DNA from: a virus
Taxonomy: Duplodnaviria > Caudoviricetes
Length of the DNA: 55,329 nt
Strand: one strand, 5' to 3'
IMG/VR virus record: IMGVR_UViG_3300005077_000053
Coordinates: 1-55,329 of that record
The notes under the pieces are model-generated. The model ran no database searches. It saw only the letters and a program-made list of their open reading frames with translations, and was not told the DNA's origin. The translations under genes were made by a program, and so were the position numbers. This document shows, in pieces, positions 20,601 through 29,324 of this stretch; the first letter of the stretch is position 1, and every line of letters starts with the position of its first letter.

Positions 20601-21010
20601 AAATTTTTCCAAATACATATTCTATTGTAGATAAAAATTTATGTGTTGCTGTATTTGATGATGATATATCTGGGTATGCAATATTTAAATCAATTGGTAA
20701 TATTAATTTTGATGCTGAAAATATGGCATCATTAGAAAATGGTACTTTTAAATTAGGATCAGGAAATACATTTGATTGGAACCCTGATAATGGAATTGAA
20801 AATATAGAATATACTGGAAATATAACAGAATTTAGATCTGATAGTGATTATTATTATATTTATATTAGTGATTCTGTAGGAAAAGAAATAAATATTACTG
20901 AAATAGGTTTATATGGTGATACTGGAGATTTAATATTTTATACTAAAACTAGACCTATATTTAAACAAAGTGATATTGAATTAAAATTATTTTATAAAAT
21001 ACGTAGGTAG
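17609..21010 (+). CDS. Large baseplate wedge/fibre-attachment protein (gp7-like) with nine HxL...VQ repeats
   Basis: KRKGT (tail protein I-like) near the N-terminus, ITEIGLY at the C-terminus, and internal repeats such as IHHNLNVDDILIQC and ITHGLGTTNVLVQC. Confidence 0.65.
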   Translation: MSKFTDIPYYILKEYFELIADNTNPATGTMLRGPNMFAMTEGGAYTEAFVKIDDEYLKIKLLLNSPVIDDNFFNFILHSVESMIVDPPSAGTFLSGSEIFLREDSYFHTWYKKKTEDESYINTEKFFTYLGKIYNRFSSTDEEYAIEFYGIKDFATNALPVHQQTDKIKQLNYLFFDKIYTEIYNRAKDLFSLLDPMEIDINWLWYFAKMYYITLNDSLSNDRKREFARDIVHFLKRKGTFTSVYIIWYLLALGTLNRLNIYERWHPKNISGDPTNYFQDHLYQSYYDSSIDMNENTTAGEKFYNYYYNKSNYPNPLAEVIDQYTMLINHGLNSENLIIQIYDENYEKVYPISITFIDSNNCLVETSGLENKKYFLAGIADYTETISGTQFTIHHNLNVDDILIQCTDSLTKKILVPNIITKVNNNNVILSFSSAVNVKVCIASANNAGQFISTTDSTFTHNLDSDAILADTWAWSISGSTTASSSASPSGAGSSLIRMDPLTIDCIDKNNVNILFDSAQSGRLAMLKPDFMTEFTENSLILTPHYRVELDLSGDILEYNYTNTSNNKVIGEDLITDLRYNWELIRPINRYSHFNYLLRLNSDLSGNPIATYQSPYENESTTKYTKAETNIGAITGSYIFQQLTKSSTWTIDHMLDSNDIIIQCFNENFKLLNPSDIITTSRNRTTISFSEPEAGWAFLLKSNYNIYAISNIIEHNLGSFNIIVQCIDENGENIDLHDIELLTINTCKLITDDVGEFKTVIKEGDYTENKTGEQFTITHGLGTTNVLVQCYDAVTNHWVTPSVIKYTSNNDVYIRFDTYKNVNVNIAIGEDNQTFSGVSTTTLNHGFNKEAAITQVYRSDSPSTSGSIFTPLSIINIDENNTKATFSTTETGNIICGDPDFIEEINSWTIEHLIGNKYVISQYDSIDVDRAKFTPRNVLLDDLNTIEASLTEPVSGYALVEEIDYRYEIPTAESTWVMQHNLGFFANIVQFFDSDDNEIFPNTYSIVDKNLCVAVFDDDISGYAIFKSIGNINFDAENMASLENGTFKLGSGNTFDWNPDNGIENIEYTGNITEFRSDSDYYYIYISDSVGKEINITEIGLYGDTGDLIFYTKTRPIFKQSDIELKLFYKIRR

Positions 21011-21020
21011 GAGAGAATAA

Positions 21021-21812
21021 ATGTCACGTGTTCATTATTTTTTTTATTTAACAAATGAGAGAGGAGATGCAGTAAGTGATGCAGATATAAGTATATATTT
21101 AGCACAATCTACTACATCAGCAGTTATTTATACACAAGAAGTTGGAGGTACTGCATTAGAAACTGCTCCACAATTAACAACAAATGCTCAAGGATTTTTT
21201 GAATTTTGGATTGCAGATGCAGACGAATCAGGTGGATATGCATATTCACAAAAATTTAAATTAAAATGGGAAAAAGCAGGAGCGTCTGACGGTGAAATAG
21301 ATAATATTAATGTATTCTCCCCATCTTCAGGTAAAGAAATAGATATTACTGATACTTCAACAACAAAAAATAAATTTATTAGTAATTATCTAGGAAAAGG
21401 ATGGGAAGACCATAAAGATAGTACATTATCATCTGGAACATCTGCAAGTGCTATATCTCCTCATGGAATAAATCTACAAAATATATATTATCATAATATA
21501 GATTTAGATATTGATACTGCAGATAGTCCTAAAGTTATTGATAGTTTTTCAAAAACGGATTATGATGGATGTATTTGGCATTATACCGTAAAACAAACCG
21601 ATCCTACTATTACAGTACGAACTGGTACTATTCAAGCTTGTTGGGATCCAATATCTGGAAATTTAGAACAAGCATTAACAGAAACAAATAATGTAGGAGT
21701 AAACGGTGCAGATATTACTATTACTGCAGCGATTTCTAGCAATAGTGTTGTATTAAGAGCAACGGTTACAAGTAATAATTGGTCAATAAAATTAAAAAGA
21801 TTAACAATATAG
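21021..21812 (+). CDS. Virion structural protein (fibre-associated)
   Basis: Beta-rich, S/T/G-rich, TTNAQGFFEFW motif. In the structural operon. Confidence 0.55.
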   Translation: MSRVHYFFYLTNERGDAVSDADISIYLAQSTTSAVIYTQEVGGTALETAPQLTTNAQGFFEFWIADADESGGYAYSQKFKLKWEKAGASDGEIDNINVFSPSSGKEIDITDTSTTKNKFISNYLGKGWEDHKDSTLSSGTSASAISPHGINLQNIYYHNIDLDIDTADSPKVIDSFSKTDYDGCIWHYTVKQTDPTITVRTGTIQACWDPISGNLEQALTETNNVGVNGADITITAAISSNSVVLRATVTSNNWSIKLKRLTI

Positions 21813-21824
21813 GAGATTTTATAA

Positions 21825-22622
21825 ATGAGAGTCGATAAATTAGGATTCACAAATAGTATAGAAGTTAATAATATAACAAATAAAAAATCTAAATCTCCTG
21901 AAACCTCTTTAATAACTGAAGAATATTTTATTAATAGATTTAAAAAAATAAAAGAAGAACTATTAATAGAATTAAAAGACCCAAAATTAAAATTTGATTT
22001 AGATGATTTTGTTACTTTATCTGATAAACAAGAATTAAACAATAAAACATTAAATAATGTTACATTAAAATCATTATTATTAGATAAAGCATTATATAAT
22101 ATATTAATAAAAGGATTAAATGCTGAATTTTTTTATGGGAAAAAAATAAATGAATTCGTTCTAAAATCAGAACATTCCCATGAAAACTTCATAAGTGAAA
22201 ATGACATTAATAAAAAAATAAATAAATTAAATAGTAAAAATAAAAATGAACTAGATTCTTTAATATTAGATTTAAAAAATCAATTAAATGAAATAAATTT
22301 AAAATTAGAAAAACTAGATTCATTAGAAAAAGAAAATAAATCACTAAAAAATAAATTAAACAAATTAGATAATATTTTAAATATTATGAATAGTAATGAC
22401 TCTGAAAATATAACAGATGAATTACCTATTGGTACAATTTTACTAGGAATCTTCAATAAAAGTATAAAAGGATTTTTAGAATGTGATGGAAGTGTTTTAA
22501 ATAGAAAAAAATTTCAAAAATTATATGAAAAAATTGGTACTCAATTTGGATATGAAACTTCATATGATTTTAAATTACCAGAATTAAAACACGAAACATT
22601 AAAATATTATATTAAATATTAG
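21825..22622 (+). CDS. Coiled-coil protein with C-terminal tail collar domain
   Basis: LPIGTIL...GFLECDGS.LNR..F.KLYEKIGT.FG....FKLPEL...YYIKY. Confidence 0.7.
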   Translation: MRVDKLGFTNSIEVNNITNKKSKSPETSLITEEYFINRFKKIKEELLIELKDPKLKFDLDDFVTLSDKQELNNKTLNNVTLKSLLLDKALYNILIKGLNAEFFYGKKINEFVLKSEHSHENFISENDINKKINKLNSKNKNELDSLILDLKNQLNEINLKLEKLDSLEKENKSLKNKLNKLDNILNIMNSNDSENITDELPIGTILLGIFNKSIKGFLECDGSVLNRKKFQKLYEKIGTQFGYETSYDFKLPELKHETLKYYIKY

Positions 22623-22631
22623 GAATAATAA

Positions 22632-24836
22632 ATGGCTAAAGACCTTAATATAAAAGGATTAATTATTGATTCTTCAATTAATATTGATAGAATATTAGAT
22701 GAAGATGATATGGCTTCTAACTCTGCTACCGCATTAGTTACTCAACAATCTATTATTAATTATGTAACAACTTATGCAGTTATAACGGGTACTCCTAGTG
22801 AAACCTTTCAAATTGATAATGATAATAATGGGGTAATTCTTAAAAATTACCTAGGAAATTTATTAATTAGAAATTCATCTGATACTGGATACGCAGATAT
22901 AACATGTTATAATTTAACTGTAAATGGTACTCAAACAATTATTAATACAGAAACATTATTAGTAGAAGATAATATTATTTTCTTAAATTATGGTTCTCCT
23001 GATGTTCCTATATATGATTCTGGTATCGCTATAGATAGAGGATTAGAAACTCCAGCAATATTACTTTGGAATGAATCTAATAATACTTGGACTATTGGCT
23101 TATCTGGATCTGCTTATGAAATAATTAATTCACACTCTCAACAATCTCTTTATAATAAATTATATGGAGAATTTGCTAATTTAGATGCTGGATCTATTTC
23201 AACAAGCGGCCAATTTACATCTGAAATAACTACTGGTACTTCACCATTTATTATAAATTCTACTACTTTAGTATCAAATTTAAATAGTGATTTATTAGAT
23301 AGTCAAGAAGGATCATATTATTTAGATTTAAACAATGCTACTAATCAATCTGCTATAGATCACGGAAATATTTCAGGATTGTCTGATGATGATCATTCTC
23401 AATATGGTTTATTAATTGGTAGAACAGGTGGACAAACATATATTGGTGGTACTGGTGTTAATGATAATTTAATTTTACAATCAACTTCAGATAATGCTAG
23501 TACTTCTTCATATATTAAATTATTAACTGGAAATAATGGAGCAATTGAGGCATTAACTGTTAATTATTTAGGTAATATTGGTATTAATGAAACATCTCCA
23601 CAAAAAAAATTACACATTACTGATAATAGTGGAAATTGTCAATTAAGAGTTGCATATGACGGAACTCATTATGGAGGATTAACTTCTAATTCTGATGGAT
23701 CATTAACTATTAGAACAACTGATGGAATTAGTAATGGTGTATTAAAATTAGCACATGATGCTACAAATGATTATTTATATTTAGGTACTGATGATACACA
23801 AAATGGATTAATTGAATTATATGGACAAACTTCTGGTAATGATGGAGCTGAAATAAGATTACATACTTCCGGAAATTATGATTCAGTTATAGATTATTTT
23901 ATATTACAAGCAAGACAAGATGATTTAAGATTTGGGCCAATAACTAATCCAGATGCTTTACAATATGATGGTGGAACAAATAAATGGGAAGTTACTTCAT
24001 CTGGAGGAATGGATATAAATTCATTATCTATTAATTCAAGTACATATACATTTCCGACTTCTGCCGGATCAGAAGGGCAAGTATTAACATTAGGATCAGG
24101 TAATAATGTATTATGGAGAGATGGTGGAGGAGGATCTTCTGGAGGAGTTTCATTTACTAAAAATCAACCAGGACATGGATTTATAAATGATCTTACTGCT
24201 GTTTATATTGATACAAATGGAAATTTACAAGCAGCTAATGCATTAGATGTTAATAAATTAGGAATATTTTTAATTAGTGAAATAAATGGTGATGTATTAA
24301 CATATGTTCAAGCAGGAAAAATTGAAAATATTACAAGTATGTCATTGTCTGCTGGATATTATTATTATGTTAGTGATTTGGTAAATGGAGAAATTACATT
24401 AACAGAATCTACTAGTGGATATTCAAATCCAATATTTTTAGCAGATAGTTCAAATTCTGGATTTGTATTACCTTTTAGAGCTTCTGGAATAAATGTTCCA
24501 TATAATACAGGAATTCCATGGAATCCAATATCTACAGATTTTTCATTAGATAATGGAGAATATACAGTATTTGGAAGATTTGTTGTTCCTACTGGGAAAA
24601 AATTAATAATTGATTATATTGGATGTATACCAGATTCTGGAAGTAGTGTAACCGATTTATCATGTCAAATTTATAGTGAAACTGGATCTACAATATTAAC
24701 AAGTACATCATTAACATATACATTTGATGGTACTGAAATTTCAGCAGGTACACATATAACAGCAAGAATAAATAATGATAGTGGAAGTACAGATATAGCA
24801 AGTGCATTTGTAATTTCACGATTAATAAATATATAG
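22632..24836 (+). CDS. Tail fibre protein
   Basis: LTVNGT...VEDNII.LN, NLNSDLLD, DHG.ISGL.DDDH.QY, GNIGI...PQKKLHI and G.EGQVL fibre motifs. Confidence 0.8.
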   Translation: MAKDLNIKGLIIDSSINIDRILDEDDMASNSATALVTQQSIINYVTTYAVITGTPSETFQIDNDNNGVILKNYLGNLLIRNSSDTGYADITCYNLTVNGTQTIINTETLLVEDNIIFLNYGSPDVPIYDSGIAIDRGLETPAILLWNESNNTWTIGLSGSAYEIINSHSQQSLYNKLYGEFANLDAGSISTSGQFTSEITTGTSPFIINSTTLVSNLNSDLLDSQEGSYYLDLNNATNQSAIDHGNISGLSDDDHSQYGLLIGRTGGQTYIGGTGVNDNLILQSTSDNASTSSYIKLLTGNNGAIEALTVNYLGNIGINETSPQKKLHITDNSGNCQLRVAYDGTHYGGLTSNSDGSLTIRTTDGISNGVLKLAHDATNDYLYLGTDDTQNGLIELYGQTSGNDGAEIRLHTSGNYDSVIDYFILQARQDDLRFGPITNPDALQYDGGTNKWEVTSSGGMDINSLSINSSTYTFPTSAGSEGQVLTLGSGNNVLWRDGGGGSSGGVSFTKNQPGHGFINDLTAVYIDTNGNLQAANALDVNKLGIFLISEINGDVLTYVQAGKIENITSMSLSAGYYYYVSDLVNGEITLTESTSGYSNPIFLADSSNSGFVLPFRASGINVPYNTGIPWNPISTDFSLDNGEYTVFGRFVVPTGKKLIIDYIGCIPDSGSSVTDLSCQIYSETGSTILTSTSLTYTFDGTEISAGTHITARINNDSGSTDIASAFVISRLINI

Positions 24837-24849
24837 GAGAATATAAAAA

Positions 24850-25260
24850 ATGGGTTATCCAGTTATAGGAAATAGTATATCATTTATAACTGATTTAATA
24901 AATAATCAGACCTCAACCTTATCTAATGCTATATCTGGTTCTAAATCAGATATTATTTCAGAAATAAACAATTTACCAATAGGAACTAAAAATTTCGCTC
25001 GGGGCAATACTACCGTAGCTTCTGTTGCTATAGACACAACAGGGACAGCAGTCGCAGCATTAGGCTTTACGGGCGTTGCTGCCAAGATGAGATGCAGGTT
25101 TCTTGGGTGCAACCACTCACTTGTAAGCTCGAATTACACTAGAGTGTTTGGTTTTGGTTGTTATATATATAGCACAACCCAAATTATGTGTTTTGTCCGC
25201 AACACGTCTAATGCGGTTGGCACCTTCTATATATATTGGGAAGCTTGGGAGGAATATTAA
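24850..25260 (+). CDS. Small fibre-tip/receptor-binding-like protein; 3' two-thirds GC-rich
   Basis: SD ggag, directly follows the fibre gene, beta-rich C-terminus ending IYWEAWEEY. Confidence 0.65.
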   Translation: MGYPVIGNSISFITDLINNQTSTLSNAISGSKSDIISEINNLPIGTKNFARGNTTVASVAIDTTGTAVAALGFTGVAAKMRCRFLGCNHSLVSSNYTRVFGFGCYIYSTTQIMCFVRNTSNAVGTFYIYWEAWEEY

Positions 25261-25261
25261 A

Positions 25262-25894
25262 ATGAAATTTTATGAAATTATTGCTGATAAAGCAACAGAA
25301 GACGTTTTGACCGTTAGCGAGATAGAGGCACATGGTCCAGATGTTTATATACCAGAATCTTCAAGCGAAGGAGATTATCATCTTTTTTATACTAAAGACG
25401 AAGCTATAGGAAAGCCTATTTATCAAAATCCGGGCAAACACAAGGTCAAAATTGCTAATGGTATTATTACAGGAGTAGAGGAAAAACTAGAAGTACATTT
25501 TATTTATGCATATATTACATTGTCGATTATTAAAAATGGAGAGATTCAAGATGATGGAATTCCTTCTATTCAAGCTGGGGATAAAAATGATATAGACAAA
25601 GGAATTTTAAATGCATTAATTGAATTAAAGGATATAAATAATAATATTATTGATATAGATAAAACTTGGTTATTAAAAATAATTAAAAATAATGATATTA
25701 ATGATTTTATTTTAAAAAAAATATCAGTGGAAAATGGAATTGGAAATGTTGAATTTAGTGTGGATGTTGCAACAACATGGAAAATAGATCAATCTACATT
25801 TAAATCATTAAATGGATTTGAAATTAAATTGAAAGTAATTCCAGAGCAACTAAATTCACCAGAAGGAATAGCATATATAGATGCTTATAATTAG
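25262..25894 (+). CDS. Fibre-tip partner/assembly chaperone-like protein (start corrected to ATG 25262)
   Basis: SD ggagg inside the end of the upstream gene. C-terminal half is paralogous to 26209..26772. Confidence 0.6.
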   Translation: MKFYEIIADKATEDVLTVSEIEAHGPDVYIPESSSEGDYHLFYTKDEAIGKPIYQNPGKHKVKIANGIITGVEEKLEVHFIYAYITLSIIKNGEIQDDGIPSIQAGDKNDIDKGILNALIELKDINNNIIDIDKTWLLKIIKNNDINDFILKKISVENGIGNVEFSVDVATTWKIDQSTFKSLNGFEIKLKVIPEQLNSPEGIAYIDAYN

Positions 25895-25896
25895 AA

Positions 25897-25971
25897 GAAT
25901 TTAAAATTAAATTAAAAGTTATTCCAGAACAAATTGATAAAACAAAAATATTAATTCATGTTTATGATTAA
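25897..25971 (+). pseudogene. 3' remnant of a second partner-gene copy
   Basis: EFKIKLKVIPEQIDKTKILIHVYD*. 34-nt direct repeat, 30/34 identical, between 25816-25849 and 25899-25932. Confidence 0.65.
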
Positions 25972-25984
25972 TGGAGAAATATAA

Positions 25985-26194
25985 ATTAGTAAAGTAACAT
26001 TAGGAGAAGCATCAGGAAAAACATTAAAAATACAAACATTTACATCAAATGATACATTTAGTGTTCCAAGTGATGTAGAAGTAGTAGATGTATTATGTGT
26101 TGGTTGTGGAGGAGCATGTGGTAATGGAGGATCTTATAATGGAGGATCTGGAGGTTCAGGATTATGTATAGTTGTATATACAACAGCAGAATAA
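25985..26194 (+). pseudogene. Short glycine-rich fibre-tip gene with ATT in place of ATG
   Basis: SD tggag at 25972. Reads ...QTFTSNDTFSVPSDVEVVDVLCVGCGGACGNGGSYNGGSGGSGLCIVVYTTAE*, typical of glycine-rich fibre domains. Confidence 0.65.
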
Positions 26195-26208
26195 AGAGGA
26201 GATAAGTT

Positions 26209-26772
26209 ATGAGTCAATATGCTGAAATATTAAATAATAAAGTATCATGTATAATAGATACTGGGGATCATATCCCAGCATTAGAATGTGAAAATTTAAG
26301 AAGAGTTAATATTGATAATTTGGATCCTAAACCAGAGCAAGATTGGGATTATATAGATGGTCAATTTTATGCTTCATTACCAGAGCCAGTAAATGAAATA
26401 TATTGTCATGTTACATTTAGTGATTGTGAATTTAAACAAGATAATGTTCCAGTTGTTAAAGCAGACGGAATAGATAGTATTGATGTATTATTAGAGATGA
26501 AAACTGTAAATAGAGTAATATTATCTATTATTAATAATGGATGGTTAATTCCTGTAAGACGAGTTGATACTGGAATGTATTATAATGAACCAATTGAATT
26601 TACAAATGGAATTGGAAATTTATAATTTAAAACTACATTAAATACAGATTTAGAGATAAGAGAATCAGATTTTAGAGATATTGAATTTTCTGGAGTATCG
26701 TATAAGATTAGGTTAAAAGTAGATCCATTACAAAAAGGATTTTCAGATAGTATAAAAATATATGCTTGGTAA
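26209..26772 (+). pseudogene. Partner/chaperone paralog interrupted by a single in-frame TAA (26623-25)
   Basis: NGIGNL*FKTTLNTDLEIRESDF...YKIRLKVDPLQ...IKIYAW* aligns with NGIGNVEFSVD...FEIKLKVIPEQ...IDAYN of 25262..25894. Confidence 0.7.
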
Positions 26773-26781
26773 GGAACAAAC

Positions 26782-27075
26782 ATGAATGATTGTACATTTT
26801 TAGATCCAATATGGAAATTTGTAACATATATAGGGTCAAAAATTAGATTATGTAAATATGTAGAACATGCTCCATTTTTAGAGTGTTGTATAGAGCATGA
26901 TTATGATTATTATAATGGAGGAACAGAGCGTTCTAGGTTGATGATAGATCGTAAGTTAAGAGATTGTATAAATAATTTAGGATATAAAAATTGGGCAATT
27001 ATATGTTATTATGCAGTTAGATTTGCTGGTTATCATTTTTTTAAATATAAGTATATTCAAGGAAAACGAAGATGA
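26782..27075 (+). CDS. Phospholipase A2-like small protein
   Basis: CCIEHDYDYYNGG...R.MID.KL.DC, matching the CCxxHDxxY PLA2-type motif. Confidence 0.6.
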   Translation: MNDCTFLDPIWKFVTYIGSKIRLCKYVEHAPFLECCIEHDYDYYNGGTERSRLMIDRKLRDCINNLGYKNWAIICYYAVRFAGYHFFKYKYIQGKRR

Positions 27076-27449
27076 ATAAAAAGAGAATTTTAACATTTTT
27101 AGAATATTGTGGGTTATCTGAAGAAGAGAATAAATTTCGGTTAATGGATGTTAAATTGGTGTCAGAAGATACTGGAAATTCTCAAGTTGTTAAACAATTA
27201 ATAGAGTTAAATAAGATAACTAATAAAGTATTAGAAGAAAAAGATAGTTTAAATAAGTTATTGAATAAATATTATCATGGAAAGTTAAAATTTGATTTTG
27301 TATTTGAAGAAGAAGGAGAATCATTATCTAGGATTAATTTAGATGATAGGAAGAAATCTTTGATTAATGATAAGATAAGTAAGTTTTTATTGATATTGCA
27401 AGAAGAAAAGATTAAGATTGAGAGAAAAAAAAGTTTACATGATAATTAA
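27072..27449 (+). CDS. Hypothetical protein (N-terminal TFLEY...SEE)
   Basis: 125-aa ORF, ATGA-coupled. Confidence 0.6.
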   Translation: MNKKRILTFLEYCGLSEEENKFRLMDVKLVSEDTGNSQVVKQLIELNKITNKVLEEKDSLNKLLNKYYHGKLKFDFVFEEEGESLSRINLDDRKKSLINDKISKFLLILQEEKIKIERKKSLHDN

Positions 27450-27462
27450 TATATTATATAAT
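27433..27462 (+). promoter_or_regulatory. Sigma70-type early promoter GTTTACA-N17-TATAAT upstream of gp55
   Basis: TTTACA 27434-39, 17-nt spacer, TATAAT 27457-62. Marks the switch from structural to replication genes. Confidence 0.7.
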
Positions 27463-27498
27463 TAATAATATTAAATGTTATCATGGAGGACTTATATA

Positions 27499-27960
27499 GT
27501 GAATAGTTTAAATTATTATGTAAACAATAAAATGTTAATGGAGGAGATAATTAAGTATAAAAAAGAGTATGATGAATATGAAAATGGTAATAGAGATTTA
27601 CCAGGTGTATCTAATGAATTAGGGGAAATGATTCAGAGTATTGCTAATAATTTATCTAATAAGGGGTCATTTTCAGGGTATTCATATAAAGAAGATTTTA
27701 TATCAGAAGCTATTTTAACATGTTTGAAATATTTAAAAAATTTTGATCCAGAAAAATCTAATAATCCTTTCGCTTATATTACACAAATCTGCAAAAATTC
27801 ATTTATTAATTTTATAAAAAAGCAAAAAAAACATTCAACAATTAAGCATGTATGTTATTCTTTACAAGATACATATAATGATGATCATTATGCGCAAAAA
27901 GCGATTGATTATACATTAATGAATTCATTATATAATTATGATTTAGATGAGTTAAATTAA
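27499..27960 (+). CDS. gp55: Late transcription sigma factor, gp55-like (GTG start after SD ggagga)
   Basis: YYVNNK, IANNLS.K..FSGYSYKEDFISEA, NFDPEKSNNPFAYITQI. Confidence 0.9.
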   Translation: MNSLNYYVNNKMLMEEIIKYKKEYDEYENGNRDLPGVSNELGEMIQSIANNLSNKGSFSGYSYKEDFISEAILTCLKYLKNFDPEKSNNPFAYITQICKNSFINFIKKQKKHSTIKHVCYSLQDTYNDDHYAQKAIDYTLMNSLYNYDLDELN

Positions 27961-28977
27961 ATGAAGTTTTTAATTATAACTGATACTCATCTTGGATTAC
28001 AAAAGGATAATAATATTTGGTTAGAAGAAACGTTAGATTTTTTCAAAGAAGTAATAGATGTATGTAAATTTAATAATATAGATTATGTATTTCATTTGGG
28101 TGATTTTTTTCATGAAAGAAAATCTGTTGGAACTAAATCTATTGAATATGCTAAAGAAATTGCAAAATTATTTATAGATGTAAAAATGGTATTAACTCCA
28201 GGAAATCATGATTTATTTTCTGATAAAAGTTTAACTCCTACGTCATTATCGATGTTAGAGCCATATAATAATATTATAATTATTAAAGAAAAGACTGTTA
28301 TGTTTGATAATTTTTTATTTTTACCATGGGGTAATTATCCTGATAGAGAAATGAAAATATGTTTAGGGCATTTTCCGATTAAGGGTTTTTCTATGAATAA
28401 TTATGCAATATGTCAATCTGAAGAATATATTCCAGAAATGTTTAAATCTTTTGATTATGTATTTTCTGGGCATTTTCATCATCCTACAGAAAAACAAATT
28501 AATAATACTAGATTTATATATGTAGGATCCCCATTTCAACATAATTTTGGGGATGTTGATGACATTCGGGGATACTATATATTTAATAATGAGTCAAATC
28601 AGTGTATATTTAATGAATATAAACATGCCCCAAAGTTTAAAAATGTTATAGCAAATGAAGAATTAGAATTTAATGATATAGAAGGAAATATTATAAAGTT
28701 AATATGGTTAAAAAGTTTTGGTAAAATTAAAGATTCAAAAATATTAGAATGTATACAGAAAAAGAATCCTAGATTATTATTTACAGATTTTAGTAATTTT
28801 AATAATGAAATAATAGAAAGGCAAGATAAATGTGAATTATCTGAAATAAAAATACAAGGTGCATTAGATGTTTTATATGAATATTTAGATATAATAGAAT
28901 ATCCCAAATATATTAATAGAAAAATATTAAATACATTAATAGTTAAATTTAACGAAAGAATTGAGGCTAAACAATGA
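27961..28977 (+). CDS. gp47: Recombination endonuclease subunit, gp47/SbcD/Mre11-like
   Basis: TDTHLG, LGDFFH, GNHD, SGHFH, YVGSP. Confidence 0.9.
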   Translation: MKFLIITDTHLGLQKDNNIWLEETLDFFKEVIDVCKFNNIDYVFHLGDFFHERKSVGTKSIEYAKEIAKLFIDVKMVLTPGNHDLFSDKSLTPTSLSMLEPYNNIIIIKEKTVMFDNFLFLPWGNYPDREMKICLGHFPIKGFSMNNYAICQSEEYIPEMFKSFDYVFSGHFHHPTEKQINNTRFIYVGSPFQHNFGDVDDIRGYYIFNNESNQCIFNEYKHAPKFKNVIANEELEFNDIEGNIIKLIWLKSFGKIKDSKILECIQKKNPRLLFTDFSNFNNEIIERQDKCELSEIKIQGALDVLYEYLDIIEYPKYINRKILNTLIVKFNERIEAKQ

Positions 28978-29324
28978 TTGGTATTATTTTAAAAGTTGAT
29001 AATACACCAGTTGTTATTGAATTTGATGAAGTTGGTAATATAACATATATTAATGAATTACAAGATAAAGATTTAGTATTAGAATATCAAAAATTAAATG
29101 ATGATGAATTTTCATTAATTAATATTGAGGTTTCTAGAAAAGATATGTTTTTATTTAATGAATTATGTATGTTAAGAGTGAGTGATCAATTAAAAGAGTA
29201 TGAAATATCATTAACCCAGATGGTTAAAACGAATAGGATTCAGGATTTTTTTTATGAGTTTTGGAATATGTTTATGGAGTTAATGGAGACATATAGTAAT
29301 GAGACTAGTTATAGAATCAATTAG
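28974..29324 (+). CDS. Hypothetical protein
   Basis: 116-aa acidic ORF overlapping both neighbours. Confidence 0.55.
   Translation: MIGIILKVDNTPVVIEFDEVGNITYINELQDKDLVLEYQKLNDDEFSLINIEVSRKDMFLFNELCMLRVSDQLKEYEISLTQMVKTNRIQDFFYEFWNMFMELMETYSNETSYRIN

Noticed and set aside
25148-25261. TTG start and 38-aa extension of the 25148 ORF
   Set aside because: Overlaps the upstream gene, whereas ATG 25262 has a good SD.
24850-26772. Diversity-generating retroelement or invertible shufflon at the fibre tip
   Set aside because: No reverse transcriptase, no long template/variable repeat pair, no invertase or inverted crossover sites in the window. The 34-nt repeat is short and its mismatches fit ordinary paralog divergence.
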